DNA of 64,000 nt from a virus. Its lineage: Duplodnaviria > Caudoviricetes. The notes beneath the pieces were generated by a model. The model searched no databases, was not told the origin of the DNA, and worked only from the letters and a program-made list of their open reading frames with translations. Shown here piece by piece: positions 9,615 through 17,974 of the stretch. Positions within the stretch are counted from its first letter, which is position 1. Each line of letters begins with the position of its first letter. Location of the stretch: positions 1 to 64,000 of IMG/VR virus record IMGVR_UViG_3300036762_000065, one strand, 5' to 3'. A program made the position numbers and the translations under genes.

Positions 9615-11912
9615 ATGTCTAAATTAATAGAGTACAATAGCACTGAAATAAAAGCAGGTACTGGTGTTGCACGTAATCATTGTGCAATAGCAGAGCCTCT
9701 TGTTGGCGGGAAGTCTTTAGTTCCTTCAATGGAGCGTATTAACAAAAAGAAAAAAGACTTCACTGCAATGAGTTTTTTTGCAGGCTGCGGTGGTGCGTCT
9801 ATCGGAATGAAGATGGCAGGCTTTAATGTATTATACGCGAACGAGTTTATTCCTGCTGCGCAAGATACGTATAGACTAAATCATCCAGATACACTACTCG
9901 ATCCTCGTGATATACGAAAAGTGTGTCCTAAGAAACTGTTGAAAAAGCTTGGACTTAAGCGTGGAGAATTAGACCATCTCGATTTAAGTCCTCCTTGTTT
10001 TGCACCAGGTACAATGATACACACAAATCATGGATTTAAACGCATAGAAGATGTTGTTATAGGAGATAATGTTCTTACTCATACACAGGAGTTTCATCCT
10101 GTGTATGATACAATGGTTCGTAACTACTCAGGCCGCATGTATCGTCTAAAAACTATGGGCTCTATGACAACAGAGGTTACACCAGAGCACCCTTACTATG
10201 TGCGAAGAAAGAAAGGTATAAATAAATACTCATTAGATAAACCTATATGGGTAGAAGCGCAAAATCTACAGAGAGGTGATTATGTTGGTATAGCTGTAAA
10301 TCAGCTAAATGATAACAATCCTTGGTGTGGATTCTCAGACATACGAGAAAAAAGACCAGAACTTCGTGCATATAGATACAAATGGAAAAGTACTCACGTT
10401 GTATATAGGGAGTTAAATGCTTTGCCTATACATCTTAACGATTTTTGGTGGGTAGTAGGCAGATTTGTCGGAGATGGTTGGATAACACATAAAGATCAAC
10501 CAGAACATAGAAATCCAAGGAAACGTGTTAAGAGATTCGTTCGTATTTGTTGCGATAAAACAGACGGTGGAGTAGAACTTCGCGCTATAACAAGTCGATT
10601 GGACGCTTGTAATTTCTCCTATAAAATTTTGGAACGTAGAACGGCATATAGAATCTCTTTATTGAAATCCAGAGAGCTATGTGAATTTCTTTTGCAATTT
10701 GGACAAGGCGCTAAGAATAAGAGAATTCCAGGTTCAGTCCTCTCTATGCCTAAGAGTCTGCTATTGCGATTTATACAAGGTTATATATCTGCTGATGGTA
10801 GTCGACGTGGGTACGGTAAATTCAGATTCAATACTGTCAGTAGGGAATTAGCTATAGGCATAGTACACTGCATCAATAAAGTTTTTGGAAAATCTAGTGG
10901 GAAGATAGGATGTATATCGTCTGAAAAATTGATCAAATATGGATGCGGTGTAATAGAAGGTAGAAAAGTAAACGTATCCGATCGTTACGGTGCTTCATTT
11001 AACTTATTCTCCGATCCAGCGCGCGAACAGTTTATACAAGAAGAGGCTAATGGCATAATATGGGTTCCAGTACGCTCTATTGAGGAATTTCAATATAAAG
11101 GACGTGTATACAATATGTCTGTTGAGAACGATGAAACATACACGGCAAACAATTTAATTGTTCATAACTGTAAAGGCTTTTCTACAGCAGGTGTGCAAGA
11201 AGACGGTTGGAATAAAGAAGTAATGTATTCTGATGGTGTTTATCAACGAGTAGATGATTTGTTTGGTGAAGGCGTCAGGATGTTGATAGGACTAAAACCA
11301 AAAACGTTTCTTGCTGAAAATGTTGCTGGCCTTATCAAAGGTAGTTCGCGCGGTATGTTTATCGAAACACTTAACGATTTTAAAGCATGTGGCTATCGCG
11401 TTAAAGCAGCATTGATCGACCCTGTTGTGTTAGGAGCTCCACAGACGCGGGAGCGTATGATATTTATAGGAGTACGTAATGATCTAAAGATGGACCCTGT
11501 ATTTCCTACGTTGAAAAAACGCACTCCTGTTCGTGTTACTGATGTACTTCCGCATATACGTCTGATAAAAACAAAAGTTCGCAATATGCTAACATATGTT
11601 CCTGCAACAAGACCCAGCCCTACAATAGTAGCCTCAGATTTTGATACAGGGGAGAACGCTAGTTTTTCTTGTGGAGGTTGGTGCGAAGACGACCTAGGAC
11701 GTAGACGTAAATACAATCTATCTGAATTACGCAGATTGATGTGCTTTCCAGACGACTTCAAACTTAGCGGTACCCCTCGCCAACAGTGGGAAAGACTAGG
11801 TAGAAGTCATTTACCTCTTCAAGTATACCACTTAACAAAAGCTGTCCGCACAAACATACTAGAAGTTTACTACGACAGCAAAGGCGCGGATTATTCAGAC
11901 ACAATTAAATGA
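9615..11912 (+). CDS. DNA cytosine-C5 methyltransferase-family enzyme (probable carboxymethyltransferase), intein-containing
   Basis: Motif I FFAGCGG, IV PP|CKGFS, VI ENV, VIII QTRER, IX ELRRLMCFPDDF, and X LGRS in place of the usual GNS/GNA. Confidence 0.93.
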   Translation: MSKLIEYNSTEIKAGTGVARNHCAIAEPLVGGKSLVPSMERINKKKKDFTAMSFFAGCGGASIGMKMAGFNVLYANEFIPAAQDTYRLNHPDTLLDPRDIRKVCPKKLLKKLGLKRGELDHLDLSPPCFAPGTMIHTNHGFKRIEDVVIGDNVLTHTQEFHPVYDTMVRNYSGRMYRLKTMGSMTTEVTPEHPYYVRRKKGINKYSLDKPIWVEAQNLQRGDYVGIAVNQLNDNNPWCGFSDIREKRPELRAYRYKWKSTHVVYRELNALPIHLNDFWWVVGRFVGDGWITHKDQPEHRNPRKRVKRFVRICCDKTDGGVELRAITSRLDACNFSYKILERRTAYRISLLKSRELCEFLLQFGQGAKNKRIPGSVLSMPKSLLLRFIQGYISADGSRRGYGKFRFNTVSRELAIGIVHCINKVFGKSSGKIGCISSEKLIKYGCGVIEGRKVNVSDRYGASFNLFSDPAREQFIQEEANGIIWVPVRSIEEFQYKGRVYNMSVENDETYTANNLIVHNCKGFSTAGVQEDGWNKEVMYSDGVYQRVDDLFGEGVRMLIGLKPKTFLAENVAGLIKGSSRGMFIETLNDFKACGYRVKAALIDPVVLGAPQTRERMIFIGVRNDLKMDPVFPTLKKRTPVRVTDVLPHIRLIKTKVRNMLTYVPATRPSPTIVASDFDTGENASFSCGGWCEDDLGRRRKYNLSELRRLMCFPDDFKLSGTPRQQWERLGRSHLPLQVYHLTKAVRTNILEVYYDSKGADYSDTIK
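9996..11168 (+). mobile_element. Intein (391 aa) with LAGLIDADG homing endonuclease
   Basis: Begins CFAPGT; block B TPEHP; GRFVGDG and GYISADG LAGLIDADG motifs; ends VYNMSV...VHN|C. Confidence 0.95.
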
Positions 11913-11920
11913 GGTGATGT

Positions 11921-12187
11921 ATGGAAGCTTCATGCGTTGAGCAGTTTGAACTTTCGGAAATAAAGGATTTAATGGATCATATTGATCTGGTTGATAAACG
12001 AATTATCGCGTTGCTGAAAGTACGTATAGGTTTAAGTTTCGATATGGATGTAGCTAAAAAACAATTAGGAGTTAACTGTAACGATGTTAATCTAAGACAT
12101 ATTAAACTTAGAACGTATAGAAGCCTAGCCGTTAAATACGATATTGATCCTGATATAGTTGAGAGCGTATTTAAAGCATTAGTGTAA
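11921..12187 (+). CDS. Chorismate mutase (AroQ / CM_2)-like protein
   Basis: IDLVDKRIIALLKVR...AKKQLG...D...DPDIVESVF pattern; some catalytic positions diverged. Confidence 0.75.
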   Translation: MEASCVEQFELSEIKDLMDHIDLVDKRIIALLKVRIGLSFDMDVAKKQLGVNCNDVNLRHIKLRTYRSLAVKYDIDPDIVESVFKALV

Positions 12188-12190
12188 ATA
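12183..12190 (+). promoter_or_regulatory. TGTAAATA motif upstream of the cmoA-like gene
   Basis: Recurrent motif at gene starts. Confidence 0.5.
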
Positions 12191-12223
12191 AATAGTGTGT
12201 TAAATAATTCAGGTGATAGTAAA

Positions 12224-12976
12224 ATGACTGTATTCAATAGCAGCGAACTTTGTGATATAAATATTGATAAGGTTGTTCCAAAAGAAAAATGGGAATTTGA
12301 CGGTGCTGTAGCAGACTGTTTTGATAATATGTTATCTAGGTCTATTCCTCTATATGATCAGATGCGAACTCTGTGTTATAAAATAGGAAGACGCTTTATA
12401 ACAGAAGAGTCTGCTATTATGGATTTAGGTGCCTCACGAGGAGAAGCCTTACGTCCTTTTATAGAAGACAATACAGCCAAGTCTTTTATAGCTATCGAAA
12501 TAGCAGAGCCTATGCGTAAAGTTCTGATAGAGTTATACGGAAATAATGATAAGTTTGTTTTAGCCGACATACCTTCAAGTGATCTACGTTCGTTTGATTC
12601 CGCTAATTACAAAGGCCAACATACTAATTTAATCTTATCAATTTTAACATTGCAGTTTACTCCTATTGAATATAGGATGCATATTATTCAAGCTATTTAC
12701 GACTCTCTTGAAGTAGGAGGAGCTTTTCTTTTTGTAGAAAAGGTGTTAGGAACCTCTCCTGTTATTGACAAAATTTTAGTTGATAACTATTATGAGTTTA
12801 AGAATGCCAACGGATATTCATACGATGACATACAGCGAAAGAAAGCCAGCTTAGAGGGTGTGTTGGTTCCTGTGACAGCCTCTTGGAATGAGGATATCTT
12901 AAAAGGAGCAGGCTTCAAACACGTTGATTGCTTCTATAGACATTTGAACTTCTGTGGATGGATTGCTATAAAATGA
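12224..12976 (+). CDS. cmoA: Carboxy-S-adenosyl-L-methionine synthase (CmoA-like)
   Basis: WEFDGAVADCFDNMLSRSIPLY, DLGASRG, LTLQF, EK and FKNANGYS...KKASLEGVL match CmoA signatures; ATG 12224 with AGGTG SD. Confidence 0.88.
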   Translation: MTVFNSSELCDINIDKVVPKEKWEFDGAVADCFDNMLSRSIPLYDQMRTLCYKIGRRFITEESAIMDLGASRGEALRPFIEDNTAKSFIAIEIAEPMRKVLIELYGNNDKFVLADIPSSDLRSFDSANYKGQHTNLILSILTLQFTPIEYRMHIIQAIYDSLEVGGAFLFVEKVLGTSPVIDKILVDNYYEFKNANGYSYDDIQRKKASLEGVLVPVTASWNEDILKGAGFKHVDCFYRHLNFCGWIAIK

Positions 12977-13848
12977 GCAGGTCTGAAACTACCAATAAAA
13001 TTGGACAAATACGCAGACAAAAAGTCCTTGACTCTTATGCAAGGGAGCCTAACATAAGGCAAGCCCTTCTTGATACTATGGGATTTATACCGAAAGATCA
13101 GAAAGTGTGTGTCTTCTTGTCTGGAGGTATAGATAGTCATGTTATTCTTTTTGCAGCTATGGAGTCAGGACTCGATGTGAGCACTACGTCCTTTACACTA
13201 GACACTCACGATAGTACAGACTTTAAAATAGCGAAAGCGACCTCAGAAGAGTTCAAGTTAGACTTCAATCCTGTTCGTTTAGACTCATCTGAAAAGCACT
13301 TAAAGAAGTGGGTTCGTTACGCCACAGGTACTTTAGGACTTGATTCTAAAAGTTCTATAGAATGTACGTGGCCACTTTATGTAACCATTCTTGCAAACAA
13401 AGACAAGAAGCATTTGATGATGGGGCTTGGAGGCGATTCTTATTTCTTACTAGCCAAAGGCTACTCTATGCACTGTAGAGATATGGTTGCAGAAGTAAGA
13501 AATAAAGCATTCAGAAGATCATTGATACAGAATTCTGTCGTAAAGAATTTAGCTTTCCGTAACGAACAAGTTGTACATCTGCCGTTTTTTGAACTCGGTA
13601 GGGTGTATACAGAACTTGAAAACACAACAGATTACAGTAAACTTAATACGCCTCAAAAATCGTACTATCATAGTGCTTTTCCTGAGTTGCGTAAAAGGTG
13701 TAAAATAAGAGCACACCAGAACTTCCAGTTAGGAGATACCTGCATATCTAAAAACTTCAGCGATAAACTTCTCAACTCGGATTGGAATACTAGAAACAGT
13801 AAAGCAATTATAGCAATATATAATGATGTTATTGCTAATAAAGTTTAA
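12973..13848 (+). CDS. Asparagine synthetase-like ATP-dependent amide ligase (no glutaminase domain)
   Basis: PP-loop LSGGIDS, GLGGDSYF and LPFF; ATGA overlap with the cmoA stop. Confidence 0.82.
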   Translation: MSRSETTNKIGQIRRQKVLDSYAREPNIRQALLDTMGFIPKDQKVCVFLSGGIDSHVILFAAMESGLDVSTTSFTLDTHDSTDFKIAKATSEEFKLDFNPVRLDSSEKHLKKWVRYATGTLGLDSKSSIECTWPLYVTILANKDKKHLMMGLGGDSYFLLAKGYSMHCRDMVAEVRNKAFRRSLIQNSVVKNLAFRNEQVVHLPFFELGRVYTELENTTDYSKLNTPQKSYYHSAFPELRKRCKIRAHQNFQLGDTCISKNFSDKLLNSDWNTRNSKAIIAIYNDVIANKV

Positions 13849-13868
13849 ATTTATTTACAACTTAAAAC

Positions 13869-13876
13869 TGTAAATA
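13869..13876 (+). promoter_or_regulatory. AAAACTGTAAATA promoter-like motif
   Basis: Recurrent motif; inverted copy at 13852-13859. Confidence 0.55.
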
Positions 13877-13948
13877 ATTTAATAGATGCACATGCTTATG
13901 TGTGTTAACCTACCGCCACAATGTGGCTAACCTAAAGAGGAAACTCAA

Positions 13949-14053
13949 ATGAAAAATTATGAGCCAGAAATGACTTCTAAGTTCGATGAGCCAGAAGAGC
14001 CAGAAATGACTTCTAAGTTCGATGAGCCAGAAGAGCCAGAAGTTGTTGCCTAG
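13949..14053 (+). CDS. 34-aa acidic repeat peptide MKNY(EPEMTSKFDEPE)2EPEVVA
   Basis: AAGAGG SD, its own promoter-like motif and terminator; 36-bp direct repeat at 13961-14032. Confidence 0.7.
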   Translation: MKNYEPEMTSKFDEPEEPEMTSKFDEPEEPEVVA

Positions 14054-14073
14054 TTTTAATTAGACAACTAGCT

Positions 14074-14098
14074 AAGGCGGGCAATTGCCCGCCTTTTT
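14074..14098 (+). terminator. Rho-independent terminator
   Basis: AAGGCGGGC-AATT-GCCCGCCTT followed by TTT. Confidence 0.85.
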
Positions 14099-14115
14099 AG
14101 TTATATAGGTTTCTT

Positions 14116-14742
14116 ATGAAAAACTTAAACATAATACCTTTGATGTTAAAACCGAAATCAATATGTCTACGTGAAGGTGACGCTCAGATATACTCTTTAC
14201 AAAATTTTCTATCTGAAAAGGTGTGTAAAGAGCTTATAGAAGAGTCAAAACATTTTCTTACACCTAGTAAGGTAGGTTCGGAGTACGGGGTAATTGTCGA
14301 TAGTTCTGTTAGGACAAGCTCGACAGCAAAGTTAAGTGAGGTTTCTGATAATCCTATGATTGCCGAAGTTCATAGTATGTTATTCGACCTATACGGATAC
14401 TTTGAATTGCCTGGGGATCCTGTCTCTGTACATAACTATCAACTTGGCCAAGAGTTTAAAGATCACCACGACTTTCACGACACAGAAAAAAGAAAAGAAC
14501 GTATAGCAAAAGAAGGTCAACGTACTTGGACATTCGTTGTTTACTTAGATGAAGATTTCGAAGGCGGCGAGACTGTATTTCCAGAGCTTGATCTTACTGT
14601 AGTACCGAAGACAGGACAGCTACTTGCTTGGAACAACCTGTCTTCTACAGGTGAAGGTAATACAAAGACACTACATAGATCAAACCCTGTAACAAAAGGA
14701 GAAAAGAATATCATAACCAAATGGTTCAGATCGTTTATATGA
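14116..14742 (+). CDS. 2OG-Fe(II) oxygenase, prolyl 4-hydroxylase-like
   Basis: NFLS...RTS, Y.LGQEFKDHHD (HxD), RTWTFVVYL, GGETVFP, TLH and KNIITKW. Confidence 0.9.
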   Translation: MKNLNIIPLMLKPKSICLREGDAQIYSLQNFLSEKVCKELIEESKHFLTPSKVGSEYGVIVDSSVRTSSTAKLSEVSDNPMIAEVHSMLFDLYGYFELPGDPVSVHNYQLGQEFKDHHDFHDTEKRKERIAKEGQRTWTFVVYLDEDFEGGETVFPELDLTVVPKTGQLLAWNNLSSTGEGNTKTLHRSNPVTKGEKNIITKWFRSFI

Positions 14743-14758
14743 TGTTCGATAAAACACT

Positions 14759-15199
14759 ATGAATCCTTTTACGCAATTAAAAACACAAGTTAGAAGTGCG
14801 TTAGAGAAAGAAACTAAGCTTTCTCCAGAAGAACGAAAACAACACCAATGGCAATTCCTTACTACAGTAAATGGAGTCACTTATATTGTAGGTAAAGGCG
14901 GCGCTAATACAATGTTCTATATGATAGGCAAAGGCGAACGTAAGATATGTATGCCGAAAGAAATGCTCGATGTTATAGGAACATGGGGAACATCTAAGTA
15001 TCCTATGTACGCTATATGCAAGAAGAAAGGAAGATACACACATGGACCAAATCCTTCATTAGAAGCAATGTTTGATGAGGATCCTGCTGTAGGTAGTTTC
15101 CTCGTAGGGTTTACTAACGATGGGCGTGTTCATCGTCTTTATAAGTATGTTAGTGGACTTATGGGATCGGAATGGGTAGAATTTAAAGCGAGCAAATAA
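14759..15199 (+). CDS. Hypothetical protein
   Basis: 146-aa ORF, TAATG-coupled to the next gene. Confidence 0.75.
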   Translation: MNPFTQLKTQVRSALEKETKLSPEERKQHQWQFLTTVNGVTYIVGKGGANTMFYMIGKGERKICMPKEMLDVIGTWGTSKYPMYAICKKKGRYTHGPNPSLEAMFDEDPAVGSFLVGFTNDGRVHRLYKYVSGLMGSEWVEFKASK

Positions 15200-15948
15200 T
15201 GCGTATAATAACTTGGAATGTAAACAGTGTTAGGGCACGACACACTCATGTTGAATCGCTGCTACATAACGAGAAGCCTAGTGTTTTATGTATGCAGGAA
15301 ACCAAGGTTGTTAATAACGAATACCCGGACTTCCCTAGCTATTCAGGAAGCTGTGTTGCTAATGGGCAGAAATCATACAATGGAGTCTCTGCCCATTGCA
15401 TTAAGCCTCCGTCCGATGTTATTGTTTCTCCTTGGCAACACGGAGAAAAGAGAGTTCTTGCTTTCACATACAACAATATAAGATTTATAAATCTATATGT
15501 TCCAATGGGAGGCAAAGATGAAAACGCTTACTCTGAAAAACTATTGTGGTTAGACAACCTTACGTTTTTTATACTCGAACAAAAGCAAGTGTATAAACAT
15601 GTTTGTATTCTAGGTGATTTTAATATCTGTCCTACAGATGATGATGTTTGGGATCCTGTTGCATGGAAAGGCAGAGTAACCTGTACAAAACCGGAACGTG
15701 ATTGGTTTAAAAATATTATAGCCTGTGGTTTTAAAGACACTCTAAAAGAACACACGGATTCAAGTGACTTTACTTGGTGGAACTATAGACGTAATGGATA
15801 CCAGCGCAATCACGGCTTAAGAATAGACTTTGTTCTTATGACCGACGATCTTGCGTCTTGTGTTGTACGTGCGGAAGTGCTTACACAATATAGGGAGATG
15901 GAAAAACCTTCAGACCATGCGCCTGTACTCGTGGAGATACGAAAATGA
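15199..15948 (+). CDS. xth: Exodeoxyribonuclease III / AP endonuclease
   Basis: TWNVNS, QETK, GQKSYNGV, GDFN, FTWWNYR, GLRIDF, SDHAP. Confidence 0.95.
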   Translation: MRIITWNVNSVRARHTHVESLLHNEKPSVLCMQETKVVNNEYPDFPSYSGSCVANGQKSYNGVSAHCIKPPSDVIVSPWQHGEKRVLAFTYNNIRFINLYVPMGGKDENAYSEKLLWLDNLTFFILEQKQVYKHVCILGDFNICPTDDDVWDPVAWKGRVTCTKPERDWFKNIIACGFKDTLKEHTDSSDFTWWNYRRNGYQRNHGLRIDFVLMTDDLASCVVRAEVLTQYREMEKPSDHAPVLVEIRK

Positions 15949-16295
15949 CAATATTTGTACTTTATCTAAACCCTATTACCGCAAACGCTGAACGTTATAT
16001 ACCTGTTGTGTCGGCCCCTACTGCTGAAAAATTACAAGACTTGCTAGAAGGTGAGTTGTGCGCTGACTATAAAGAACCTGGAATTAATAGTAATGGAGAT
16101 AACGTTGTATTTTCAAAGTGTTTTAAGAAAGGCGGCTTACTTGAAAACTTTAACGCTCCTACACTTAACGGTAAGAATTGTTTTGACGTTAACGAAGGTA
16201 TAATAGAGTGTGTCAGTAGAGAAGATATCGTACAACAGCATTTAGCCGAGTTGCGTATGTATGATAACCATTTCCTTAATGTACCTTCTATATAG
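15945..16295 (+). CDS. Hypothetical protein
   Basis: 116 aa; ATGA overlap and GGAG SD. Confidence 0.75.
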   Translation: MTIFVLYLNPITANAERYIPVVSAPTAEKLQDLLEGELCADYKEPGINSNGDNVVFSKCFKKGGLLENFNAPTLNGKNCFDVNEGIIECVSREDIVQQHLAELRMYDNHFLNVPSI

Positions 16296-16304
16296 GGATT
16301 CTAT

Positions 16305-16457
16305 ATGCATTTTTGTACACAAGAGTTACAGGCATTATTATCACTACTACCTTTTATAAGTATTTTTTATTACTATCTTCTTATGTGCATTCAAGAAGTT
16401 TACGCGACTATAATTTATTGGATAGAACCTGATGACTCCGACTACGACAACCGATAG
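16305..16457 (+). CDS. Possible 50-aa hydrophobic peptide
   Basis: MHFCTQELQALLSLLPFISIFYYYLLMCIQ...; fills the intergenic gap and has an AGGGA SD. Confidence 0.35.
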   Translation: MHFCTQELQALLSLLPFISIFYYYLLMCIQEVYATIIYWIEPDDSDYDNR

Positions 16458-16761
16458 TACCGATATACCTGTAAAGCAAAAACTAAGCGACTTGTCTTGG
16501 AACACTAGGTGGAAACCTATATTCTCAATAGTGTACGTTGTTATTTGCTTGTTTGACTTTGTAGTAGTGCCTGCATTTATAGGAATGACAAGAGAACCTT
16601 ATAGCTCTTTAATACCTATAGTTAAAGACCTGGCGCCGGAAGCACAGTTGATGGTATTGCAGAGGCAAGCTTGGCAACCTCTAACCTTGCAAGGTAGCGG
16701 ACTTATTCATGTTGCTTTCGGAGCAATACTTGGTGTAGTTGCTTGGAAAAGTAAAGACTAA
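16432..16761 (+). CDS. Holin-like membrane protein (GTA 3TM holin family-like)
   Basis: WKP...YVVICLFDF and WQPLTLQGSGLIHVAFGAILG. Confidence 0.65.
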   Translation: MTPTTTTDSTDIPVKQKLSDLSWNTRWKPIFSIVYVVICLFDFVVVPAFIGMTREPYSSLIPIVKDLAPEAQLMVLQRQAWQPLTLQGSGLIHVAFGAILGVVAWKSKD

Positions 16762-16774
16762 TCGGAGAATAAAA

Positions 16775-17761
16775 ATGATTGCAGTAAAAGATGATGATTA
16801 TATTATTGGAGACCATAGAGGAAGAATGGCGTTGATGCTAGTACTTAACGCTAAGTCCGGACGTTGTGTTTTAGAAAAGACTTTAATAGCGGATGAACCT
16901 GAGCATGTTGTTGTAAAGGAAGAGCAAATATACTGTAATTTAGGTCAAGAGCCTCTTTCCGGAAAAGCGTTCGGAATAGATATTAAACCTTACATAAAGA
17001 CGATAGAAACAAAGAGTTACGGACCTATACATATATTTCGTAAACTAGAAGACGGCGATTTAACTGCCCTTAAAAAAGCACTTAAAGCCGTATACTCTTT
17101 GTTTGAGTCCAAAGCAACAGTTTCTTTTTTGCCTTTATACTCTACCAACATAGAGCCTGCTAAAGGTAAGTATGCAGGCAGTTACAAGTTCAAACAGAAG
17201 GGTCTTGAATCGTTTGATACTATGCATTTGCATCCTAAAGTATTAAACGATATAGAGTTTAATAAATACATAATTGCACATGAGTGGTCACACGGTATTT
17301 GGTACAGATGTGTCCCGTTCCAGTTACGTGCTAAGTGGCTAAATCTATATCAGAAGCGGCTACTGTTGTCCAACATATCAGAAAAAGAACTAGAAGAGTT
17401 GTGTATTGATGTTGTTAACTACGAAGGTGGACTTGGTGATTACTGCAAGGAGGTAGGTGATGATCATGTTAAATCTGTTATTAAAGAAGTTCTTATATAC
17501 TTTAAACGCTACCACCACATGGATCAACGTAGCGTTGAACTTATGTTACATGAAGATAGCGGCAAGCTTTCGGAGATTTGGCCTACAAGCGCAAAACTAA
17601 CTGAAGAACGTGCGGATATTTCTGAGTATAGTTTAAAGAATGTAGAGGAGTTCTTCGCAGAGTCCTTTGCAAATTACATTCTAGGGCGTATGTTACCTAA
17701 AGACGTACAAAAAGGAATTGATGCAACTGTTAAAAAACTAAGCTCTGTAACTTACGATTAA
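16775..17761 (+). CDS. Zincin-like metallopeptidase domain protein
   Basis: HEWSH (HExxH) plus EEFFAESF; ATG 16775 with GGAG SD. Confidence 0.7.
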   Translation: MIAVKDDDYIIGDHRGRMALMLVLNAKSGRCVLEKTLIADEPEHVVVKEEQIYCNLGQEPLSGKAFGIDIKPYIKTIETKSYGPIHIFRKLEDGDLTALKKALKAVYSLFESKATVSFLPLYSTNIEPAKGKYAGSYKFKQKGLESFDTMHLHPKVLNDIEFNKYIIAHEWSHGIWYRCVPFQLRAKWLNLYQKRLLLSNISEKELEELCIDVVNYEGGLGDYCKEVGDDHVKSVIKEVLIYFKRYHHMDQRSVELMLHEDSGKLSEIWPTSAKLTEERADISEYSLKNVEEFFAESFANYILGRMLPKDVQKGIDATVKKLSSVTYD

Positions 17762-17771
17762 GGAAAACGCT

Positions 17772-17963
17772 ATGCTTTGGCTATCGTTTGCTCGTTGGAA
17801 TTCAAAGTCAGGATCTATGTTTATTTCCGAACGTGTTTATGCTGATGGATATAGATGGACTCCGTTCATCTATATAAAACCACGATACTCGTTATCTACA
17901 ACGTATCTTGAATCGCCTTCTTGTGTGTGCAAGTGTAACACTAGAAGTACTATCAACAAATAG
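17772..17963 (+). CDS. Hypothetical protein
   Basis: 63 aa with AAGGA SD. Confidence 0.5.
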   Translation: MLWLSFARWNSKSGSMFISERVYADGYRWTPFIYIKPRYSLSTTYLESPSCVCKCNTRSTINK

Positions 17964-17974
17964 GAATCGTTATA

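Noticed and set aside
9615-11912. Restriction-modification system
   Set aside because: No cognate restriction endonuclease is adjacent; the embedded nuclease belongs to the intein.
12224-12976. Ordinary tRNA cmo5U modification role for CmoA
   Set aside because: No cmoB or tRNA genes are in the window, and the gene sits between a DNA MTase with a motif-X Arg and an amide ligase. Not formally excluded, since host CmoB could use the Cx-SAM.
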